A stretch of DNA of 63,662 bases, counting the filler, from Octopus bimaculoides (Eukaryota): NCBI RefSeq assembly GCF_001194135.2. It is 7 parts of 7 records of this genome, joined end to end, with 100 filler letters (N's around TTAATTAATTAA, not from the genome) between each part and the next. Parts side by side here need not be neighbours in the genome. Positions count along the whole stretch, not along the records: positions 35,031 to 53,239 come from NC_069003.1; positions 53,340 to 54,696 come from NC_069008.1; positions 54,797 to 57,917 come from NC_069004.1; positions 58,018 to 63,662 come from NC_068987.1; 3 more parts are not named here. One strand, written 5' to 3'. Numbering within the stretch: the stretch's first letter is position 1; each line of letters starts with the position of its first letter. A program made the translations under genes and the position numbers. Shown piece by piece: positions 48,416 to 61,747 of this stretch. The notes beneath the pieces are model-generated. The model did no database searches, was not told the origin of the DNA, and saw only the letters and a list, made by a program, of their open reading frames with translations.

Positions 48416-49132
48416 GGCGGCGAGCTGGGAGAATCGTTAGCATGCCGGGCGAAATGCTTAGCGGTATTTCGTCTGTCTTTACGTTCTGAGTTCAAATGCC
48501 ACCGAGGTCGACTTTGCCTTTCATCCTTTCGGGGTCGATAAATTAAGTACCAGTTACGCACTGGGGTCGATGTATTCGACTTAACCCGTTCGTCTGTTCT
48601 TGTTTGTTCCCTCTATGTTTAGCCCCTTGTGGGCAATAACGAAATAGGTATTTCGTCTGTCTTTACGTTCTGAGTTCAAATGCCACCGAGGTCGACTTTG
48701 CTTTTCAGTCTTTCGGGATTGATAAATTAAGTACCAGTTGCATACTGAGGTCGATCTAATCGACTGGCCCCTACCCCAAAATTTCGGGCCTTGTGCCTAG
48801 AGTAGAAAAGATTAATTTAACGTTAGCGTCTTATGAAGCTAAATTTATAAGTTCTAAAATTGCAGAAGAATTCGTTGCTGGGCAGTTTGGTTTAATGGTA
48901 AAACACTTGACGCGTAATCACAGAAATGTGAGTTCGAGTCTCATGGCTGGCCAGTAANNNNNNNNNNAATACTCAGCGGTATTTCGTCTGTCTTCGTGTT
49001 CCGAGTTCAAATGCCGTCGGGGTGAACTTTGCCTTTTATCTTTTCGAGGTCGATAAATTAAGTAGCAGGGATCGATGTAATTGACTCATCCCCTCCCCCA
49101 AAATTTCAGGCCTTGTGCCTTTAGTAGAAAGA

Positions 49133-49165
<33 letters not shown>

Positions 49166-49355
49166 GAGGCAACGAGCTGACTGAATCGTTAGTGCGCCGG
49201 ACAAAATGCTCTGAGTTCAAAATTCGCCGAGGTTGACTTTACTTTTCATCCTTCTGGCGTCGACGAAATAAGAACCAGTTAAGTACTGGGGTCGATATAA
49301 TTGACTAGTTCCCTGCCACCAAATTTCAGGCCTTGTGCTTTAGCAGAAAGGATTA
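48416..49355 (+). mobile_element. Cluster of four co-oriented SINE family A copies
   Basis: Copies at about 48416-48645, 48647-48812, 48968-49135 and 49168-49355; (ATT)n tails after the last two. Confidence 0.9.
48881..48953 (+). pseudogene. tRNA-Thr(CGT)-like pseudogene
   Basis: Cloverleaf: acceptor GGCAGTT/GGCTG[G]CC, D stem GTTT/AAAC, anticodon stem CTTGA/TCA[C]AG with loop CG-CGT-AA, T arm GTGAG-TTCGAGT-CTCAT. Two 1-nt insertions and G instead of U33. Confidence 0.7.
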
Positions 49356-50004
49356 TTATTATTATTATCATTATTGGCCCTTGTGACTAATAAAAGAAAT
49401 CATCATCATCACCATTATTATTATTATTATTATTATTATTATGTTGATCATCGTCATCATCATCAGCAGCAGCTAGTTGCTGCTGCTGTTGTTGTTATTG
49501 TTGAGGACAGAATCGTTAAAGAATCGGGGGAGGGGGGGAAGATATCTTACCCCCGTATTTGTTCTGGCCCTCCCCATCCTGCTGAGTTCTACTTTGCCTT
49601 TGTATTATTTCGAGATAAGGTACCTACTGAAGTGGGGAGAGGCAGGATTAAGGCTATCGAGTTTATCCTTGTCCCCAAATTTCAGGACTTGTATGCTTAT
49701 GTTAGAAATAGTTATCGTCATCGTCGCATAAATAGTAAAATAATTATGAAAATGAAGAGACGACGATGATAATGATGATGATGATATTTTTCTCAAAGTT
49801 ATTTTCTTTTTCCATTTGTTTCTCTTTTGAAAATAAATTATCAGAAATATTGGTCTTACACGACCGTCCTTTAAGTTTAAATTCAATAAAAAGAACATTT
49901 TGTTATTGTTATATTTCGGGATGATCATTTTTCTTTTACCAAATAAGCAAGCGCACTGAATACTCATTCCTCACTTCAGCTTTATTACTACTCTTCTTTT
50001 AGAT

Positions 50005-50148
50005 CTCTTTGTCTGAAAATCTTTTGTCACACATCCTATGACCTCTTCAGCGACTGACTCTCCATCCCTCGTGTCTCTTTCTGTCCTGTTTAGTTCCCTG
50101 GACTAAACAGATCGCAGGGGTGTGTGCCGAAAGATTTCCAGACAGAGG
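50005..50148. other. Foldback element with a nested inner hairpin
   Basis: Arms 50005-50037 and 50116-50148 pair imperfectly (TGTCTG.AAATCTTT.G.CACACA); inner CTGTTTAGT/ACTAAACAG at 50086-50110. Confidence 0.75.
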
Positions 50149-50308
50149 ACACTAAAATAAGTGCACTAATAAAGCTAAATTGAATAACAAGTATACAGTG
50201 TGTGTGTTTATTTGGCAAGGAAATAAACCGACCGTCTCGAAATAAAACAATATCTGTTTTGACATACGATTTTCACATCAGGAACTTTGCAAAACAAATA
50301 CATAAGCG

Positions 50309-50340
<32 letters not shown>

Positions 50341-50384
50341 AATAAAGATATTTTCCTACCCACATTTTGTTTTCTGTTATCATT

Positions 50385-50650
50385 AATGGATGGTTTGTGC
50401 TTAACAATTGATGGTCAACTGATGGTTAACTGGTGACTTGTGGTTAATAATTGATGGTTAACTGGTGGTTAATGCCTAACAATTGATAGCTAAACGATCG
50501 TTTGTGGTTAACAATTGCCAACTGATGGTTAACTGGTGATTAATTGATGGGTAAATAGTGAGTTGTGATTGATAACTGGTGGGTTAGCGTTTGACAATTG
50601 ATGGTTAAAAGATGGTTTGTGGTTTATGCAAATGATGGTGAATTTGTGAA
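50385..50650. repeat. Degenerate minisatellite of TGGTTAA / AATTGATGG motifs
   Basis: Read directly. Confidence 0.8.
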
Positions 50651-51000
50651 GAATGGGAGTTGTCTAAACAAAACTAAAGGATTTGATGGTTAAATAATTA
50701 GGTCTGATTAGAAACGTTGACGAACATGGAATGTGAAACGTTTAATTAATGACAATTAGATGACTAACAAATTGCAATCGTCAAACAAACTGGTCAGAAA
50801 AGTTGTTTTGTTTGAATCAGTAATTACACTCAGCGTCAGGCGAGCTAATATCTTTATACGTGTTTGTGTGGATGCGTGCGTGTGTATGTATGTGTGTGTG
50901 CGTGCTTTTACGTGTGTGTGTTCCTATATGTACTTGTTCGTGTGTGTGCATGTGCGCACATGTGTAAATGTGCGAATGGTTGTGCGTGCTTGTGCTTGCA

Positions 51001-51305
51001 TGGCCCCTTGGTCAAGTGTTTATCATTTGTAACATCTAGACAACCAAAGCCTTGTGAGTGGATTTGGCAGGCGGAAACTGAAAGAAGCCCGTCCTATATA
51101 AATGTGTGTTTGTCCCCCACCATCACCACTTGACAACCGACGTTTGTTTATATCCCTGTAACTCAGCATTTTTGGCAAAAAAACCGACCAATAAGTATAA
51201 GGGATCAAGCTCAGAAAAAAAAATAAAAGAAGTACTGAATTGATTTGTTTGACTAAACCATTTGATGCAGTGCCCCAGCATGGCCGCAGTCCAATGACTG
51301 AAAAA
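51001..51305 (+). mobile_element. SINE family B, 5'-truncated
   Basis: AGCCTTGTGAGTGGATTTGG...GCCCCAGCATGGCCGCAGTC. Confidence 0.85.
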
Positions 51306-51458
51306 AAAAAAGATAATACATAGAAGATGGTACACAGCAATTTGTTCACCGCAATTATTTTTGCCATTAAACAAATTTACAATAATGAAAACAAACAAAA
51401 CAAACAATGAGGGGTACATTTATAGTTTTCAACAAGGTTTCTTTCTTTATATATATAC

Positions 51459-51870
51459 ATTTTACTTGTTTCAGCCATGACTGTGGCCATGCTGGGGCAC
51501 CACCTTAAAGGGTTTTAATCGAACAAATCGACCCCAGGACTTGCATTTTCAAGCATAGCACTTATTTTATTGGTTAATTTGGTGGATAAAACACACACAT
51601 ACACAATATATATATGTACACACACACACATATCTCCTTCTCTTAATCTGAGAGCAGCTGTAAGTGGCAGCACCAACAGACCCCAGTCAAAATTTCCCAC
51701 GTACATATATGGACGGCTTCTTTCAGTTTCCAACAACCAAATCCACTCACAAGGCTTTGGTTGACCTGGAACTCTAGCAAAGGTCACTGGCCCAAGGCAC
51801 AGCACAATGGTTCAGAACCTGAAACCATGCGATTGGAAAGTCGATTCCTTAACCACACAACCATTCCTGT
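51459..51870 (-). mobile_element. SINE family B
   Basis: TTTTACTTGTTTCAG...GGACGGCTTCTTTCAGTTTCC...AACCACAC. Confidence 0.85.
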
Positions 51871-53428
51871 GCTTTAGGTACATATTAAGAACAATTTTAA
51901 ACAAATCTGATGAAATTCATAATAATAATAATAATGAGAAAGTCATAATTATTTATCGTCATAGTATTTTTTTTCTTCTTTATTAATATTCNNNNNNNNN
52001 NNNNNNNNNNNNNNNNNNNNNNNNNNNNNNNNNNNNNNNNNNNNNNNNNNNNNNNNNNNNNNNNNNNNNNNNNNNNNNNNNNNNNNNNNNNNNNNNNNNN
52101 NNNNNNNNNNNNNNNNNNNNNNNNNNNNNNNNNNNNNNNNNNNNNNNNNNNNNNNNNNNNNNNNNNNNNNNNNNNNNNNNNNNNNNNNNNNNNNNNNNNN
52201 NNNNNNNNNNNNNNNNNNNNNNNNNNNNNNNNNNNNNNNNNNNNNNNNNNNNNNNNNNNNNNNNNNNNNNNNNNNNNNNNNNNNNNNNNNNNNNNNNNNN
52301 NNNNNNNNNNNNNNNNNNNNNNNNNNNNNNNNNNNNNNNNNNNNNNNNNNNNNNNNNNNNNNNNNNNNNNNNNNNNNNNNNNNNNNNNNNNNNNNNNNNN
52401 NNNNNNNNNNNNNNGGATCATGTCAATTAATTTGAACCCAGTGATATGACTGGTACTCATAATTTATCAATCCCAACATCCACCCCCCCACCACTTCCAC
52501 CTCCCAACCCTGACCCCGACCCCCCCATAGGGATGAAAGACAAAAACGTTTAGCCCTGATGTGATCTGAAACCAGAAAAGTCGAGGGACGGTACTAAATG
52601 CCGCGAAGCATCTAGTCTGGTGCTCTAACCCATGTCTGCCACTCTTGGCAAAGCTGATGATGATCATGAACATGATGATGATGATGATGATAATGATGAT
52701 GATGGTGGTGGTGGTGGTGGTCTTAAGTAGGCTTTAATTAGCCTTAGCATCATCAGGTAGTGGGGGTGGGTGGTGCAGAGAGTGAATGGGAAGGGCTGAT
52801 AAATTCACCATGGCGTTAGCCAATATGGTCTTTACTACAATAACAGCAACAACAACGTCAATAACAACAACAGCAATATCTTGTATGGCCATAAAACTAG
52901 TCAGGGGGGAAAGGGATTTTATAGAGCTTTGCCCCCATAGGTCTTAGACAAGATTAAAGACCAGCCAGATAAACTGACACTTGCTTCCCAACATCTAAAA
53001 GTCAATTATCTGATCTACCATGGAACTTTCTAGAAATAATACAACTTAGGCACAAGGCCAGAAATTTTAGGGAAAGGCACAGTCAATTCTATAAAACCCC
53101 AGTACTTGACTGCTACAAATTTTTTTGATCCACTCCACCCCAAACAGACGATAAAGAGAGTTGATTCTGACAGAATTTGAACCCGGAATTTAGAGGTTTA
53201 CCTAAATAACACAAATTTTTTTGCTAAAACAGTCTCCCANNNNNNNNNNNNNNNNNNNNNNNNNNNNNNNNNNNNNNNNNNNNTTAATTAATTAANNNNN
53301 NNNNNNNNNNNNNNNNNNNNNNNNNNNNNNNNNNNNNNNCTGCTGCTTTTAAATAAAGCATATTACTCTACCTCTGGTATTTGAGTACTCTTTTTTCCAC
53401 CTTGTTGCACATTTCATGTGCTTACTCC

Positions 53429-53467
<39 letters not shown>

Positions 53468-54339
53468 CACTTCCAACTTGCTTTTATATTTTCTCTGAAC
53501 AAAAATGTCCCCAAGAGGAAGGAACTATTAGAAGTTTGTTAGCTGTCTTAATTTCCTTTCTCCGTTCTCTCTTTCTCTCTCTCTCCTAATATACCTTTGT
53601 CTTTATGACCACACTAGAAATTGTTAGGTGATCAATACAGTTTGATTGATTGATTTGATTGATTGAACGATTGACTAGCTGGCCGAGTGCTATTCAAAAG
53701 TTGACAATGATTATCCAATGAAAGTAGATCCACCTGTTGAGAAAGAAAGAGACAGACAGACAGACAGAAAGAGACAGACAGACAGACAGAGAGAGAGAGG
53801 ACATCCACAGAAAAGCTGAACAGACTAGAAAGCTTTTTTCTTGGTCGATTATGGCTGAAAAGACATTGATTCAATGATAGCAGATGGGGCGGGACACTGT
53901 CTGTGCAACGAATGCTAGTCGACTGGACGGTTAGGAGAAATCACTAACAGGAAATGTGGACAAACTATAGAAACGACAATCAGTTTTATATTTATTTAGC
54001 AACACACCTACACAAAGTCACACCTACACACGCACACACACAAATGCAATACATGTGTTTAGATGCACAAGTGGAAAGAAAAGTATTCAAGCATAATACA
54101 CATTTCATGCGTTCAGTTTTGTGGTGCTCCAGCATGGCCGCAGTCAAAGGACTGAAACAAATAAAAGAGTAAGTAGTCAGCGTGAAAAAACCTCATAAGG
54201 AAAAAAAAACCCATCATTTTTTTCCATAAATATATATAATATAATTTATATAAGGGCACTACTATACAATAATGCCTCGCGCTTAGAGGGACTTTATAAG
54301 TCAATAGTTTTGACTTATAAAGTCCCTCTAAGAGTGTGA

Positions 54340-54374
<35 letters not shown>

Positions 54375-54568
54375 TGTGAGTGTGTATATATATATATATA
54401 TATACATACATACATATATATACACACACACACACTATACATACATTATATACACGTGTGGGTGTATACATATATACACACACTACAAAGATACATATAT
54501 ACATATACACACATGATATATATATATATTCACATTTACTACCTACACATATACAGCAAACAAAAATG

Positions 54569-54602
<34 letters not shown>

Positions 54603-54941
54603 AATAAATATCCACATTACATATATATATAATTATATATATGTAATGTGCGTATGTATATATATATGTATATATATATATGTATATATATATATANNNN
54701 NNNNNNNNNNNNNNNNNNNNNNNNNNNNNNNNNNNNNNNNTTAATTAATTAANNNNNNNNNNNNNNNNNNNNNNNNNNNNNNNNNNNNNNNNNNNNACAC
54801 ATATACATATATAAAATTTATTTATTTAAAGGGTCACAATATATGTTTTTAAGTGCTACTAATAGCTTCATATCCTGAGAAATATTTCAAACATATTCTT
54901 CAGGCAGAAACCACATATCATAACGAACTAAGAATAAATTG

Positions 54942-55315
54942 AACAAGAGCACTCAGAGAGCGCAAACCTCCACCAGGGAAACACTTATGTCCTCTCAACG
55001 ACTAACCGGAGATGATTTTTAAAATGAGAATATCTGAAATAAACTTGACTGCTCTCACGAACGAGAATACTAAAAATGAACCCGACCGCTCTCAAAAATT
55101 AAATAAAAAAACAAAAAAACAAAACGGAAAACTAATCCAGAATCCTTGTCCAGTACTGGATAGATCCCGAAAACTAATCAGTTCGTGCCAGTCAAGAGGT
55201 CAAACATCCTTGAAACTTTCATCCGAATCCATCCAACGGTTCTCGGGATATCTTGTCCACGGATAAACAAACAAACAATCAAACACAACTGAAAAACAAT
55301 ACCTCTGCCTTGGCG
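54942..55315 (+). mobile_element. Second copy of the Helitron/Helentron-like element
   Basis: Colinear with 25966-26311; the 3' hairpin is truncated. Confidence 0.55.
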
Positions 55316-55380
55316 TACGTCCATAAACCTTAACCCTTAAACCAATCTTACCCAATTTTAATTTGAGCGCGCGCGCGCGA

Positions 55381-55436
55381 GGCGCTATGGCCCAGTGGTT
55401 AGGGCAGCGGACTTGCGGTTATAGGATCGCGGTTTC
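55381..55436 (+). mobile_element. tRNA-derived SINE head running into a gap
   Basis: GGCGCTATGGCCCAGTGGTTAGGGCAGCGGAC...GGATCGCGGTTTC. Confidence 0.7.
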
Positions 55437-56632
55437 NNNNNNNNNNNNNNNNNNNNNNNNNNNNNNNNNNNNNNNNNNNNNNNNNNNNNNNNNNNNNNNN
55501 NNNNNNNNNNNNNNNNNNNNNNNNNNNNNNNNNNNNAGTTTAGGCACCAGAATTATAGTATGGTATTATCCAAACAATTCCAAAAATTAGGTGATAAAAA
55601 ATCCCAAAAAGCAACACGGATTTTAAAGGTTATTGCAGTACGCACGGTTCATGCTACTCCATTTATTTAAGTAATGCGTGCATTACATTAAATGCAAAAT
55701 GCTGAGCAATCTTCAGCTGCACAAAGATATTGAAAATTTACTGAATATATCAGCAGAATGGACATATTACTGCTGTGACAGTAATTAATTCTAGAATTAA
55801 TTACCAGCTTGCTAGCCTTGGCTATGTCAAGATGGTTTTTTTGTCTTCCCACCGGGAACCATGTGGTTGCGAAACAAACTTCTTACCACACTCTTTCTCA
55901 GTGGTTCCCATAATTTTTCGGACTGCCGCCCCCGTGGTTCCCAAAGCATATTCCTAGCACCTCCACTACATCACCATACACATATATTCCTTTTCACTGC
56001 AAATTCAAAACAATTATATTTCACAAATTAACTTAAACTTAGTTAATCCATTATTCTGCTGTTTTTTACAATATTAAAGAGCAAATTTACATTTCACTTG
56101 TAATTATAATTACATTTTTTTCATGTTTCTAATGCAATGGGGGTTCTTTGTGAAGGAACATCAGCTTCCCAACTCAGGCTGAAAGACCCTAAAAAGTAGA
56201 CCAAGATCCCCACATTCGAAACAACTGTAAGATTTTGTCCCTTCTCCAATTACTATATGTCCATTAAATTTGAAATCTTAATTGTTGATATGACATGGTA
56301 TGTCATAAGTGTCTGTATATTGTCATTTTAGTTATAAAATAAACAGATTAATCAACGGAATACAATGTCTGAAAGTTGATGAGTACCTCATATTCCCCTC
56401 CATTTTCTTATTGCTATATAAATTTAGGGTAAAAAGAACCCCTTTTACCTGCACCCACTTATTGCACTTGGTATAACACTAGTGTAACAATAATTGGGTA
56501 CCCTCCTAGCAGTATATTGGATAGATACTATCTCTTAGTGGGTTAGATCCTCAAACCCTAATTCTCTTGGATTATATATNNNNNNNNNNNNNNNNNNNNN
56601 NNNNNNNNNNNNNNNNNNNNNNNNNNNNNNNN

Positions 56633-56920
56633 CGATGAAAATCCACTGTCACATATAGAAAAATTAATAATTAAAAGCACAATAAATGAGTAATAATATA
56701 ATACAAAGTAAATATCATAAGATAAAGATAATATCTTATGATATTTTTATTATCTTTATTTTTCCATTATCTATTATTATTTTTCTATTATTTTATTCTC
56801 TTTATTTTATTATCTTTATTTTTATTATCTTTATCTTATGATATTTACTTTGTATTATATTATACTCATTTATTGTGCTTTTAATTATTAATTTTTCTAT
56901 ATGTGACTGGATTTTCATCG
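56633..56920. repeat. About 100-bp near-perfect inverted repeat at a contig edge
   Basis: 56633-56733 vs 56823-56920 differ only by two small indels; AT-rich spacer. Confidence 0.9.
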
Positions 56921-57136
56921 ATGAGTTCATGAACCTTGGTTCTTTTCCCTAAAACTATATATTTATATATATTTTATACTGTGAAACTTAATTTGATTTT
57001 AATTTTTTATAAATTGATTTTGAGTTTTTACCTGTAATTTTGGATTTTGTCCCTAATATTATATATATAAGAGAAAAAATAAATTCAAATAGAACAATTC
57101 AAACTTCTTGAGGAATCCAAAAATAGAGTAAAATAA

Positions 57137-57698
57137 TCTATACTATAAAAGGCAGATTTTCTCTGTGTGTGTGTATGTTTAAAATACATACATTTACACA
57201 ATTCCAAATTTCTTGGATTAAACAATCGCAATTAATATTCTAAATACAATTTGTTAGGTCACTGCGTCATTTTTTCACTCCAAAAAATTCCTAATAACGA
57301 ATATAATCCATAGCAAACTCATGTAATTATAGAAGACTAAAAAGATATTCCCGCGAACCTTGGCTTTACGTTGCTACTTGCGCTTTCATCAACCAGTAGC
57401 CATTTGGATGGCTGGCGAAGATTTAATTTTTGATTGTATTTTTTAAGAGTGGGCTGTTAATTTAGCTAGTTTCCAATAAAAATTTATCATATTCATAAAA
57501 ATCAGCCAGAGTGAGTAGTAAGAATATGAAAATAGCAATTGAAAAAGTTTGTTACAGGTATAAAGATACCATAAGCAAGTATAAAAATGTAGAAAAAATG
57601 TTAGAATCAAAATTGGATTTAATGCAATTAAATTTAATGCAGAAGAAGAACTATCTATATAAGAAAAGACATCTGTATCGGAAATAATTTTACACTAG
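57137..57698 (+). mobile_element. Possible non-autonomous Helitron
   Basis: A|TCTATACTATAAAAG 5' end followed by (TG)n; candidate CTAG|T 3' end. No clear subterminal hairpin. Confidence 0.4.
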
Positions 57699-58259
57699 TA
57701 TAAAGAGGTTTTAGTCTTAAAAATACTAGACATAAACTTGATTCTGTTGGAATTGACTTCAGAGACAATAACCTTGTTGTTAATATTTTTAGAGAGATGG
57801 ATGGTATTAGCTAAATTAATGTTATTATTTTCAGTAATTGGATTCCTATTTAACAGAATAATATTATGTGAAGAGATAATCTGTGAAAGGTTTTTTTGTT
57901 TTTTGTGTGTGTTAAAANNNNNNNNNNNNNNNNNNNNNNNNNNNNNNNNNNNNNNNNNNNNTTAATTAATTAANNNNNNNNNNNNNNNNNNNNNNNNNNN
58001 NNNNNNNNNNNNNNNNNGTATATATATATATACGTATATATATGTATATATATATATACGTATATATATATATATATATATACGTATATATATATATATA
58101 TACGTATATATATATATACGTATATGGAATGTTTACAGATTTATATATGTACATATGTTTATGAATTTGTATATACGTACAGATGAATGTGTGTGTGTGT
58201 GCCATTTATATATACAAACAAAATACATATGCAATATAATATTTTGAATNNNNNNNNNN

Positions 58260-58293
<34 letters not shown>

Positions 58294-58453
58294 TAAGTAT
58301 ATATATATACACGTACATATATGTGTGTGTGTATACATATGTATGTGTATGTATGTATATGTATACGTATATATATATATATATATGTATACGTATACAT
58401 ATATATATAAGTATACATATACATACATATATATACATATGTAAAAATATATT

Positions 58454-58489
<36 letters not shown>

Positions 58490-58559
58490 TATATCTTATC
58501 TTTTACGGGTTTCAGCCAGAGGCTAAGGCCATGCTGGTGCACTGCCTTTACTGCGTCTG

Positions 58560-58895
58560 GGGATTTTTCTAATATTGCTTCTGGTGAAAAAGCGATTTGG
58601 ACATTGCCACTCTTCTTTGGTCCACCTGCCACAATGTGGGTTCATCCAGAATTGCAGATGAAAATCTGTCTAGACGTTTTTTGAAGACTTCTATGTCTAC
58701 ACCTTGAAGAGATGTGATGTTCTGTGGTAGGGCATTAAAAAGTTGCAGTCCCTTGAATCCCAAGCTATTACAATATTGGATTCGTATCCTCGATGGAGAA
58801 GATGGAATTTCTGGTACTGTGTAATGCTGTCCAGTTTGTGGATTATCGCAGATTTCAGTCCTGAAATTTGGAGCCACACCTTCCTTTATTTTCCA
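58560..58895 (-). mobile_element. CR1-like LINE ORF2 C-terminus
   Basis: [11 protein letters not shown]...SLGFKGLQLFNALPQNI...VFKKRLDRFSSAILDEPT. Confidence 0.8.
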
Positions 58896-58922
58896 CATGT
58901 ATAGCACTGTATATATGTATAC

Positions 58923-58955
<33 letters not shown>

Positions 58956-59063
58956 TACATACACATGTATTTATGTGTGTGTGTCTCTCTCTATATATAT
59001 ATATATATTTATATATAAGTATATATATATGTGTGTGTATATATATACATGCATGTATATATA

Positions 59064-59110
<47 letters not shown>

Positions 59111-59648
59111 ATATATATATATATATATATATTTGTATATATATATTTGTATATATATATATTTGTATATATATATATATATTTGTATATATAAGTAGAC
59201 ACACACACACCCATGTTCATAGGGTGGTGGTATTATGTCCACCCACTTAGAATTAATTACTCTACCATAATTCTGAAAGTGAATAAAATATTCAATCCAT
59301 AATCTTTAGTCCAACAAAATATATTTTCTTGGAGTAATGATTATGTATTAAATATATATAAACATAGGTATGTATATATTGATATGCACACAGGTACACA
59401 CACACACACAGAAAGATAGATAGATTAATTGATTTAGATGTATGTGATCCTTATCATCAGTCAACATTCATTCTCCATACTTGCATTGTCAGATGTCATT
59501 TATTGAAGTGGATTTTCTGGGACCAGATACCCTTTGTGTTGCCAATCCTCACCTGTTTCCAGGTGTGGTAATTCTATCTGATGTTTAAACATCATTTTTA
59601 TGATGGTGATACTTGCTTACAAGCACCACATGTGGCATAAACACGCAT

Positions 59649-59682
<34 letters not shown>

Positions 59683-59683
59683 G

Positions 59684-59839
59684 CAATGGGCTTTTTTCAG
59701 TTTCCATCTACCAAATCCACTCACAAGGTTTTGGATGGCCCAGAGCTATAAAAGAAACACTTGTCCAAAGTGTCAAGAAGTGGTATGGAACCAAAGGCTA
59801 CATGGTTGGGAAGCAAATTCCTCAACCACACAACGATGC
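59684..59839 (-). mobile_element. SINE family B, 5' half, diverged
   Basis: GGGCTTTTTTCAGTTTCCATCTACCAAATCCACTCACAAGG. Confidence 0.8.
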
Positions 59840-60560
59840 CTACATTTCTCTCTCTCTAACTATATATCTATCCGCCTATCCATATATACCTGTCTATCAC
59901 ACACACACGTACATATGTGTGAGTGTGTGTGTCTGGCTCTATGAAGGTCACTTGTTGCAAGTGGCATTTTTGTCAGTTAACCTGTCGACAAGTTCCCTGC
60001 ATACTTTGTGCCTTCAGAGACATGGAATAGGAGACCCCTCTACTTGAAAAGCAAATAAGGTTTAGCCAGAAGAAGAACATCTAACAGTGAAACAATGTTT
60101 CAATAAAATACTCATCTAACCCATGTGGGTTTGAAAAGAACAGATGTAAAACTGAATGAATGTTCCTACATGTGTAATACATGCAGTGATATAGCTGTAT
60201 AGCCTATATAAGCAACAAATCTTAGGTGCACACGCACACACGGACTCCAACACATATTTACACATATAGATTTATCTAATATGTACTACTGAATTCATGT
60301 GTATGTATGTAAGCATGTGTGTGGTAATCTCCATGTAAGTAAGTGTGTAAAATAACATGTAAGATGTCTATGCCTGCAAATGCAATGTACATTTCGAGTT
60401 CCTTGTTCCAGTTCTACCATTCTCTTTTGTTTGACTGTTTTCACGCCCGAAACACTTTTGTTGAAATCAACACTGCATTAATTGTTGCAGTTTAAACAAA
60501 CTGTACAGACAAGTGATACAAATGGCTGAATCTTTATGATGTGCCTGCAAGTGTGGTCCC

Positions 60561-60592
<32 letters not shown>

Positions 60593-61563
60593 NNNNNNNN
60601 NNNNNNNNNNNNNNNNNNNNNNNNNNNNNNNNNNNNNNNNNNNNNNNNNNNNNNNNNNNNNNNNNNNNNNNNNNNNNNNNNNNNNNNNNNNNNNNNNNNN
60701 NNNNNNNNNNNNNNNNNNNNNNNNNNNNNNNNNNNNNNNNNNNNNNNNNNNNNNNNNNNNNNNNNNNNNNNNNNNNNNNNNNNNNNNNNNNNNNNNNNNN
60801 NNNNNNNNNNNNNNNNNNNNNNNNNNNNNNNNNNNNNNNNNNNNNNNNNNNNNNNNNNNNNNNNNNNNNNNNNNNNNNNNNNNNNNNNNNNNNNNNNNNN
60901 NNNNNNNNNNNNNNNNNNNNNNNNNNNNNNNNNNNNNNNNNNNNNNNNNNNNNNNNNNNNNNNNNNNNNNNNNNNNNNNNNNNNNNNNNNNNNNNNNNNN
61001 NNNNNNNNNNNNNNNNNNNNNNNNNNNNNNNNNNNNNNNNNNNNNNNNNNNNNNNNNNNNNNNNNNNNNNNNNNNNNNNNNNNNNNNNNNNNNNNNNNNN
61101 NNNNNNNNNNNNNNNNNNNNNNNNNNNNNNNNNNNNNNNNNNNNNNNNNNNNNNNNNNNNNNNNNNNNNNNNNNNNNNNNNNNNNNNNNNNNNNNNNNNN
61201 NNNNNNNNNNNNNNNNNNNNNNNNNNNNNNNNNNNNNNNNNNNNNNNNNNNNNNNNNNNNNNNNNNNNNNNNNNNNNNNNNNNNNNNNNNNNNNNNNNNN
61301 NNNNNNNNNNNNNNNNNNNNNNNNNNNNNNNNNNNNNNNNNNNNNNNNNNNNNNNNNNNNNNNNNNNNNNNNNNNNNNNNNNNNNNNNNNNNNNNNNNNN
61401 NNNNNNNNNNNNNNNNNNNNNNNNNNNNNNNNNNNNNNNNNNNNNNNNNNNNNNNNNNNNNNNNNNNNNNNNNNNNNNNNNNNNNNNNNNNNNNNNNNNN
61501 NNNNNNNNNNNNNNNNNNNNNNNNNNNNNNNNNNNNNNNNNNNNNNNNNNNNNNNNNNNNNNN

Positions 61564-61594
<31 letters not shown>

Positions 61595-61714
61595 GTACTG
61601 TTCTACAATGAGAAATAGACTCCAACAAAACATACTTGCCATATCTTTTTTTAATTGCAGCTGGACCAAACAACATTTTGTTAGCTATGTATTTTTTTTT
61701 AATTTTGGAGTATG

Positions 61715-61747
<33 letters not shown>

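Noticed and set aside
55895-55950. CAGTGGTTCCCA as a hAT/Charlie TIR
   Set aside because: No matching right end or TSD was found.
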